A DNA stretch of 32,000 nt from Candidatus Saccharimonadota bacterium (GTDB lineage Bacteria; Patescibacteriota; Saccharimonadia; Saccharimonadales; Saccharimonadaceae). Below the pieces are notes generated by a model, which made no database searches, had not been told where the DNA came from, and was given only the letters and a program-made list of their open reading frames with translations. A program made the translations under genes and the position numbers. The stretch covers positions 60,001 to 92,000 of the forward strand of contig JBDSDX010000001.1 in NCBI GenBank assembly GCA_039920285.1. The letters are read 5' to 3'. This document shows, one piece after another, positions 1-6,245 of this stretch. Within the stretch, counting starts at the first letter, position 1. The number at the start of each line of letters is the position of its first letter.

Positions 1-1322
1 TTACCCGGGATGCTACTTGAGCTAAACACGATAATGTCAGTGTTTTTCACTTTAAGGAAACGGTGTGAGCCGCTGGCCATTCGGTTAAGGACAGCGTTGA
101 ACTCGCCTTGAGAACCAGTACAAAGCACGATAACCTTGCTATCTGGGAGTTTCACGACATCTTCCATCTTTATGATAGTGTCTTTTGGTACCTTGATCGT
201 TCCTGTACGAAGCGCGACTTCAACGTTTTGAATCATACTGTATCCAGCGATCGCAACCTTACGGCCGTGGGCCGCAGCTTCTTCCATAATAATCTGAAGG
301 CGATGAAGCTGAGATGAGAAAGTCGAAATAATAATACGGCTCTCTGGATGACCATCCATGATTTGTCCCATACTTGCTTTGACATCAAACTCGCCGTGCT
401 GGTGGGTTCCTTCGTCTTCACAGTTGGTACTTTCGTTCATCATGAGCACGAAGCCTTCTTTAGTGGCAATTTCCGTGAGCCGTTCGAGGTCGAATTTTAC
501 ACCATCGACAGGGTTATCTTCGAATCGCCAGTCACCGGTATCGAGGACGTTACCGACTGGTGTACGAATAACGACTGCCGAAGCGTCAGGGATCGAGTGA
601 CACACGCGAACAAGTTCGATTTCGAAGCTGTCCCCAAGTTTCACCTTGTCGTGAGTTTCTGGATTAATTTCGTTGTATTCAGGAACAAAGCCATCAGTTG
701 ACTCTTCCATTGTCCGCTGAACCATTGCGAGGGTAAATTTACTCGCGAATACTGGTGCTTCAAGTTGTGCGAGCAGGTGACGTGCTGCACCGATGTGGTC
801 AAGGTGTCCGTGCGTGAAAACAACACCACGAATCTTGTGCTTGTTCTCGAGGAGGTATGAAATATCTGGCACGATGTAGTTAATGCCTGGATAATCAGCA
901 CCTGGGAACAAGAATCCCATGTCGATAACGACGATGTCATTATCGTATTCGAGTGCCATCATGTTTTTACCAATACCCATTTCACCGAGACCACCTAGTG
1001 GGATAACTCTCAGTTTCGGGCCGTTAGTCTTTGGTAGTTTTTTGTTCTCGACAACGCTAAATTGACGACCACCCAAGCCGTTAAAAATTGACTTGTTTAC
1101 AGGGACGTTAATGATATGTTGTGAGGCGCGAAGATTCACATCTTCGCTGGTACGACGCTGCGCACGAAATACTTCGCCGCGGCGAGTCTGCGTGTTCGCA
1201 AGAACCGTATTACTTTGTTTTGGACGTTGGGTATTCCCATTGTTGTTGCCACCTTGTCCTTGTGGACGTGGCTTTTTTGAATTTTCATCACCTTGTGGTG
1301 ATGAGAGTCTTTGTTGACCCAT
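1..1322 (-). CDS. rnj: Ribonuclease J (metallo-beta-lactamase / beta-CASP RNase), N-terminal ~440 aa; 3' end lies beyond the left window edge
   Basis: Absent from the supplied ORF track (no stop in window). My reverse-strand translation from ATG 1322..1320 gives MGQQRLSSPQGDENSKKPRPQGQGGNNNGNTQRPKQ...KLRVIPLGGLGEMGIGKNMMALEYDNDIVVIDMGFLFPG...IRGVVFTHGHLDHIGAARHL (HxHxDH motif)...RIIISTFSSQLHRLQ. AAGGAGA at 1334..1340, 11 nt from the ATG. About 105 aa of basic, Q/N/G-rich sequence precede the catalytic domain. Confidence 0.85.
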   Translation of the reverse strand, partial: MGQQRLSSPQGDENSKKPRPQGQGGNNNGNTQRPKQSNTVLANTQTRRGEVFRAQRRTSEDVNLRASQHIINVPVNKSIFNGLGGRQFSVVENKKLPKTNGPKLRVIPLGGLGEMGIGKNMMALEYDNDIVVIDMGFLFPGADYPGINYIVPDISYLLENKHKIRGVVFTHGHLDHIGAARHLLAQLEAPVFASKFTLAMVQRTMEESTDGFVPEYNEINPETHDKVKLGDSFEIELVRVCHSIPDASAVVIRTPVGNVLDTGDWRFEDNPVDGVKFDLERLTEIATKEGFVLMMNESTNCEDEGTHQHGEFDVKASMGQIMDGHPESRIIISTFSSQLHRLQIIMEEAAAHGRKVAIAGYSMIQNVEVALRTGTIKVPKDTIIKMEDVVKLPDSKVIVLCTGSQGEFNAVLNRMASGSHRFLKVKNTDIIVFSSSSIPG

Positions 1323-1440
1323 AAGTTATATTTTCTCCTTATTTATGAAAAAATTTCTTTATTAATTTATAACGAATTCGAGGTTGAGAAGGGTGCATAT
1401 GCGGGATTATTCCTCTGCCTTCTCTGTATCAAGTGACCTT

Positions 1441-1469
1441 AGTATAGCAAACTATCCCTCTTTTGGCAA
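1441..1469 (-). promoter_or_regulatory. rnj promoter: TTGCCA-17 nt-TATACT with TGc extension, embedded in and just after the UDG 3' end
   Basis: Reverse strand reads aTTGCCAaaagagggatagttTGcTATACT. Predicts a leader of ~110 nt containing the hairpin 1386..1424 and the AAGGAGA SD. Confidence 0.45.
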
Positions 1470-2045
1470 TGTCTCTGACGTTGAGATGATGGCTGGAACC
1501 TTTAAAAAATCGTCAATCAATGTCTGGCGAAGACTGCCGTTATAGAGCGCAGCAGCGGGGTGAAATAGTGGGATAATGATGATTTCGTGATCACCTAGTT
1601 GAATGCGTTTTGGTTCGCCGTGGACCTCCCCTATTTTCATACCAGGTAAGAAATATTCCATACTGTGGCGACCCAAGGTGATAATAACCTTGGGACTGAT
1701 AATTTCCAATTGTTTTAAAAGGTACGGCCAAAAAGCAGCTTTTTCCTCTGGTGACGGATCACGATTCTTTGGAGGACGGTATTTGACGATGTTCGTAATA
1801 TAGACATCGCTTCGTTGCATACCCGCAGCGGTCAACATGTCGTTCAAAAATTTCCCCGACGCACCAATAAACGGAATGCCTTCCAGATCTTCTTTTTTTC
1901 CCGGCGCCTCACCAATAAAGACGATGTCGGTGTCCAGGTTACCCTCCCCTATGACGAGGTTGGTTGCCTGCTCGGCCAAATCTGGGCAGATATTCTTGTT
2001 CCGAATATCTGCCGCGAGCTGGTCAAGCTGAGATTGCTTGTCCAC
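1452..2045 (-). CDS. Uracil-DNA glycosylase, family-4 type
   Basis: 197 aa. GEGNLDTDIVFIGEAPGKKEDLEGIPFIGASGKFL matches family-4 motif A and LFHPAAALYN is motif-B-like. GTG start at 2045 preceded by AGGAA. Only 8 nt after the pnp stop, so probably co-transcribed with pnp. Confidence 0.8.
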   Translation of the reverse strand: MDKQSQLDQLAADIRNKNICPDLAEQATNLVIGEGNLDTDIVFIGEAPGKKEDLEGIPFIGASGKFLNDMLTAAGMQRSDVYITNIVKYRPPKNRDPSPEEKAAFWPYLLKQLEIISPKVIITLGRHSMEYFLPGMKIGEVHGEPKRIQLGDHEIIIIPLFHPAAALYNGSLRQTLIDDFLKVPAIISTSETLPKEG

Positions 2046-2053
2046 GCATGTTC

Positions 2054-4168
2054 CTATTGTTCGACGTCTTTAAGACTCAAACTGAGGCGACCACGTTCGT
2101 CGATGCCGATGAGCTTCGCTTTGACCATTTGGCCTTCGTGAATGACATCTTCAACTTTTTCGACACGTTCGTGTGAAAGTTCAGAGATGTGAACCATCCC
2201 ATCAGTACCTGGCATGATGTTAATGAAAGCACCAAAGTCTTTGATACTCACCACTTTACCTTCGTAGATCTTTCCTACTTCGGCTTCTTCAGTGAGACCC
2301 TTGATCCATTCAATTGCTCTCATGATACCTTCTGGGTCAGTTCCTGCAACAGTAATTAAACCGTCGTCCTTGATATCAATCATGGCACCAGTTTCAGCGG
2401 TAATCTTGTTGATGACTTCGCCACCCTTACCAATAACTGCACCGATCTTCTCTGGATTAATCTTAATCTTCTCGATACGTGGTGCAAATGGACTGAGTGA
2501 TGTGCGGGGTTCAGCCAGTGTCTCAAGCATGTGCTTCAAGATATGTTCACGGCCTACTTTGGCAGCTAACAATGCTTCGCGGAGAATCTCAACAGGGAGT
2601 CCGTGAACTTTCATGTCCATTTGGAGCGCAGTAATACCCGCAGCAGTACCAGCAGACTTAAAGTCCATGTCACCTGCAAAGTCTTCAGAATCAGCGATAT
2701 CTGAAAGAATGTGAGGCTTGGTACCTTCCATGATCAGTCCCATAGCAATACCGCTGACTGGAGCCTTAATTGGCACTCCAGCATCCATGAGTGCCAAAAC
2801 ACTACTACAAGTAGCGGCCATTGAGGTTGAGCCGTTCTGGCTCATGATCTCGGTGACACTTCGAATCGCATACGGGAAATCTTCTTCAGATGGCAGAATT
2901 GGCAAAATAGCACGCTCTGCAAGGTAGCCGTGACCAATTTCGCGTCGGCCTGGACCACCGAGACGCTGCACTTCACCAACAGTGTAGCCTGGCGCATTGT
3001 AGTGGTGCATGTAACGGCGGTCGCCGTCAGTGACTTCCATGGTATCAACCATCTGTGAGTAGCTGAGAGGTGCCAGTGTAATGATATTCATACCTTGAGT
3101 CATACCACGAGTAAAGAGCGATGAACCGTGTGTCCGAGGCAATATACCAACTTCACTTGAGAGTGGGCGGATTTCTTCAAACGTACGACCGTCTGGACGA
3201 AGGTTGTCTTCGACAATACCGCGACGGACATCTTTGTGAAGTGCAGAAGTAAAGGCTTCGTCATATTCATCACGAACCGCTTTGTAACCCTCGTCGAGCT
3301 TTTCAGCCATTTCTTGATGGAATGCCCAACGAAGTTGGTTTACCATTTCATTTCGTTCTGGGTATGGTTTACGAACAGCTTCACCAAGCTTGTCTTTTAC
3401 CCAATCGTTGACGACTTCTTGGACGTTTTCATCTGGGAGAACGAGTGTATATTCTTGAGGAGTTGGAGCAATCTTTGCAGCCAGTTCCTTTTGAAGTTTA
3501 ATAGCTGGTTGGTAGTGCTCAAATGCCCATGCCAAAGCGTCAGCGACAACTTCCTCAGGAACTTCGTTAGCACCGGCTTCCACCATAGTGATACCGCTTT
3601 CAATACCAGCGACAACGAGGTCAAGGTCACTCTTTTCGCGTTCTTCAGGGCTCAAGAAAGCCTTGAATTCGCCGTTAACACGACCAATTCGAAGACCGGC
3701 AACAGGACCATCAAATGGTGTTCCTGTGAGCATTAAAGCTGCACTCGCAGCGATCATACCGATCATGTCAGGACGGAAGGTTGGGTCGAAGCTCAGAACA
3801 CTGGCAACAACTTGGACTTCCTGGCGATAGCCTTTTGGAAACAATGGACGGATTGGACGGTCAATAATACGACCGATAAGGATCGCCTCATCACTTGGAC
3901 GACCTTCACGTTTAATGAAACGACTACCGCTGATCTTACCAGCTGCATACATTTTTTCTTCGTAATCGATGCTGAGTGGGAAATAATCCAGTACGACTGG
4001 TCGAGACCCTACTTGCACCGAACCGAGAACAACGGTGTCACCGTAGGTGACCAAGACACTTCCGGTGGTACGGAAACCAACGCGGTTAACTTCGAGTGTC
4101 AGCGGACGACCCTCGAACTCAGTGCTTACTTTAATAATTTCCTTGCCGTAAGGGTTGATTGTTGCCAT
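2054..4168 (-). CDS. pnp: Polyribonucleotide nucleotidyltransferase (PNPase)
   Basis: 704 aa from ATG 4168, with AAAGGAGG 6 nt upstream. The six-frame ORF extends to 4216 without an SD. Two RNase PH-like halves, a KH region (GKGGEVINKITAETGA) and an S1 domain (GKIYEGKVVSIKDFGAFINIMPGTDGMVHISEL). Confidence 0.95.
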   Translation of the reverse strand: MATINPYGKEIIKVSTEFEGRPLTLEVNRVGFRTTGSVLVTYGDTVVLGSVQVGSRPVVLDYFPLSIDYEEKMYAAGKISGSRFIKREGRPSDEAILIGRIIDRPIRPLFPKGYRQEVQVVASVLSFDPTFRPDMIGMIAASAALMLTGTPFDGPVAGLRIGRVNGEFKAFLSPEEREKSDLDLVVAGIESGITMVEAGANEVPEEVVADALAWAFEHYQPAIKLQKELAAKIAPTPQEYTLVLPDENVQEVVNDWVKDKLGEAVRKPYPERNEMVNQLRWAFHQEMAEKLDEGYKAVRDEYDEAFTSALHKDVRRGIVEDNLRPDGRTFEEIRPLSSEVGILPRTHGSSLFTRGMTQGMNIITLAPLSYSQMVDTMEVTDGDRRYMHHYNAPGYTVGEVQRLGGPGRREIGHGYLAERAILPILPSEEDFPYAIRSVTEIMSQNGSTSMAATCSSVLALMDAGVPIKAPVSGIAMGLIMEGTKPHILSDIADSEDFAGDMDFKSAGTAAGITALQMDMKVHGLPVEILREALLAAKVGREHILKHMLETLAEPRTSLSPFAPRIEKIKINPEKIGAVIGKGGEVINKITAETGAMIDIKDDGLITVAGTDPEGIMRAIEWIKGLTEEAEVGKIYEGKVVSIKDFGAFINIMPGTDGMVHISELSHERVEKVEDVIHEGQMVKAKLIGIDERGRLSLSLKDVEQ

Positions 4169-4415
4169 ATGGCGCCTCCTTTTAAGTCCACAGACGATGG
4201 TAACGGGTGTATACATTCTTTATTCTTGATAAAGACTGTCTGCATCCACCACCTCGTCCTTGTGTGGTTACTTGTCCATTATACCTCAAGGTGTTACTAT
4301 TTGGGTACTATGATCCCTGTTATTATCAGGTAAAGGGATCCGCTACGCGCCGACGTTCGGACGAGCCGAACCGCTCACGTAATCTTAATTAACTATTACT
4401 CTATAAGGAGAGTCT

Positions 4416-4874
4416 ATGGAAACACGACGCATTGCAATCCGCGGTATTATTTTTAAGGACAATACATTACTCGTAGCTAAATTTATCCAAGGTGATGGAA
4501 GTGAGAGTAAATACTGGGGAACTTTCGGTGGTGGCCTTGATCTTGGCGAAACACTCATCGACGGACTCCACCGTGAAATGATCGAAGAAACTGGAATTGA
4601 GCCAAAAATCGGCAAATTACTCTTTATTCAACAATTTAAAGATGAGGATAAGGAAAACCTGGAGTTCTTCTTTCATATCGAAAACCCCGACGATTATGAA
4701 CATATTCAATTTGAAGACACGACCCATGGACATATCGAGATGTCTCGGCATGAATTCCTCAGTCCTGCTTCGAATCCAATCCTACCTGCCTTTTTACAGA
4801 CTATCGATATTGAAGACTACATAAAAGACGATCGTCCCGTGTTCATCTGGAATGACTATACCCCTTTTAAGTAA
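4416..4874 (+). CDS. NUDIX hydrolase (substrate unknown; RppH-like role is only a hypothesis)
   Basis: 152 aa. Complete Nudix box GX5EX7REUXEEXGU = GGLDLGETLIDGLHREMIEETGI (aa 39-61). Strong SD AAGGAGA 4 nt before the ATG. Confidence 0.85.
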   Translation: METRRIAIRGIIFKDNTLLVAKFIQGDGSESKYWGTFGGGLDLGETLIDGLHREMIEETGIEPKIGKLLFIQQFKDEDKENLEFFFHIENPDDYEHIQFEDTTHGHIEMSRHEFLSPASNPILPAFLQTIDIEDYIKDDRPVFIWNDYTPFK

Positions 4875-4930
4875 ATACCTCTCTTTCCAAGAACCCTTTA
4901 TGCTTGCAATTTAGTTACCCTCTGAAGACA

Positions 4931-5839
4931 ATGGTGTACATGTCAGATTTCATAGGCGATTTCGAAAAACAGACTAATGCAGATGCCGCATCCACTCGAA
5001 GACGAGAAGCAGATGAGCATCGTGATGCTGTCGCTGCTGAAAAAGCCAGACTCGACTTCGAGCAAGACAATGAAGAAGCAAAGCAAAAAGCAATCGCCGA
5101 GCGGAAAATCACTCTTGATTGGGCGTGGGTAGCAGCCGGTCTTCTCAAGGAGTCAAAAGTGGTGCCAACTCTTTGGACCTATGATTACGTACAAAAACGA
5201 AGACTTTTTGGGCACGATATAATTGCTCAAGGGATTGCTGCTGAAGGGTGGCAGCTTCTTGATTGGCAAAATACTCGTTATGCACCAGCGCAGCGCCACA
5301 CCCTCCTTCTTAGTCCCAGTGCTGAAGACAATTCAGATATTCATCTTAAATTCTTCTCGCAGCGACCACCTGTTGATTATGTTAGAGACGAATTCGACGA
5401 GCCAGCCCAAGTAATCCTTCCTACTGATGTTCACTCTCTATCTCGAGAACCCCTTTCAGAAGAGGATATGCCTTGGCCTCCGCGAACTAATGCAGAGGAT
5501 ATGCATGACACCCTCGGTCGCGCCTTCGGAGTAAAACGAGACCAAAAACCTCGTCGAGAAGCACCGTGGAAAGATGAAAGCTCTATTACTATTAATGCCT
5601 TTGATGGTGACATAGAAATGACAAAGCTATTCGCTGAAATGAGCTACGAAACAGGATCAGTCGCTCATGACTGGACAAAACGTCCTCCTATTAAGGAAGA
5701 CTATGACGAATATAAACGTGCAGGTATTGAGAAATCAATACGACTTGCTATCGCTCATGTCGCAGCGCAACACCTTGTTATCGCACCAGAGAAAATAGCT
5801 CAAACAATTAAACGTCGAGCTGAATTAGGCGTCGAATAA
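4931..5839 (+). CDS. Hypothetical protein, no recognisable domain (soluble, charged coiled-coil-like N-terminus)
   Basis: Six-frame ORF opens at TTG 4904; the first ATGs are at 4931 and 4940, so the start is uncertain and there is no clear SD. N-terminus RRREADEHRDAVAAEKARLDFEQDNEEAKQKAIAERK. No TM segment and no motif I recognise. Followed by the hairpin at 5848..5866. Confidence 0.55.
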   Translation: MVYMSDFIGDFEKQTNADAASTRRREADEHRDAVAAEKARLDFEQDNEEAKQKAIAERKITLDWAWVAAGLLKESKVVPTLWTYDYVQKRRLFGHDIIAQGIAAEGWQLLDWQNTRYAPAQRHTLLLSPSAEDNSDIHLKFFSQRPPVDYVRDEFDEPAQVILPTDVHSLSREPLSEEDMPWPPRTNAEDMHDTLGRAFGVKRDQKPRREAPWKDESSITINAFDGDIEMTKLFAEMSYETGSVAHDWTKRPPIKEDYDEYKRAGIEKSIRLAIAHVAAQHLVIAPEKIAQTIKRRAELGVE

Positions 5840-5866
5840 AAAAAAGAACTCCGCTATTTGCGGAGT
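5838..5866 (-). terminator. Intrinsic terminator of rpsO; the hairpin is shared with the convergent + strand gene
   Basis: Minus-strand RNA: ACUCCGC-AAAUA-GCGGAGU followed by UC + 8 U (plus-strand A-run 5838..5845). The stem overlaps the last rpsO codons and its stop. In the + direction the same stem is followed only by a weak CCGAGUUUUG tract. Confidence 0.75.
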
Positions 5867-6120
5867 CCGAGTTTTGCGACCGTTGCCTTGTAGACTTCGA
5901 AGTCGCTTGCTTCTAAGTATTTCAGAAGCTTCTTGCGCCGTGCAACCATTTGAATCAGACCGCGGCGCGCCATGTTGTCGTGCTTGTTAGTCTGTAGGTG
6001 TGCAGTGACTTCTTTAATACGAGTCGTCAGCACAGACGATTGGGCTTGTGGGCTTCCAACGTCGTTCTTGTGTGTCTGCGTAAGGGTAAATGCCTTCGCT
6101 TTGTTATCTGCAGTTATCAT
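5854..6120 (-). CDS. rpsO: 30S ribosomal protein S15
   Basis: 88 aa. GSPQAQSSVLTTRIKEVTAHLQTNKHDNMARRGLIQMVARRKKLLKYL is typical S15. Confidence 0.95.
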   Translation of the reverse strand: MITADNKAKAFTLTQTHKNDVGSPQAQSSVLTTRIKEVTAHLQTNKHDNMARRGLIQMVARRKKLLKYLEASDFEVYKATVAKLGLRK

Positions 6121-6129
6121 CGAATGTGT

Positions 6130-6158
6130 ATTGTAGCAGAAAATCCTATCTGTTTCAA
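6130..6158 (-). promoter_or_regulatory. rpsO promoter: TTGAAA-17 nt-TACAAT with TGc extension
   Basis: Reverse strand reads cTTGAAAcagataggattttcTGcTACAATacacattcgATG. Only 9 nt separate the -10 from the ATG at 6120, and there is no SD. Confidence 0.55.
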
Positions 6159-6207
6159 GGGGCTATCTGAGGCGATATATATTAACGTAGTAATTTTAGC
6201 GTAAGCA

Positions 6208-6236
6208 TTGACTTTTTATCTGTTAAATGATATATT
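6208..6236 (+). promoter_or_regulatory. Promoter of the 913-aa membrane protein gene: TTGACT-17 nt-TATATT with TGa extension
   Basis: TTGACTttttatctgttaaaTGaTATATTagtgtagctATG. 9 nt from the -10 to the ATG at 6246, no SD. Confidence 0.55.
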
Positions 6237-6245
6237 AGTGTAGCT

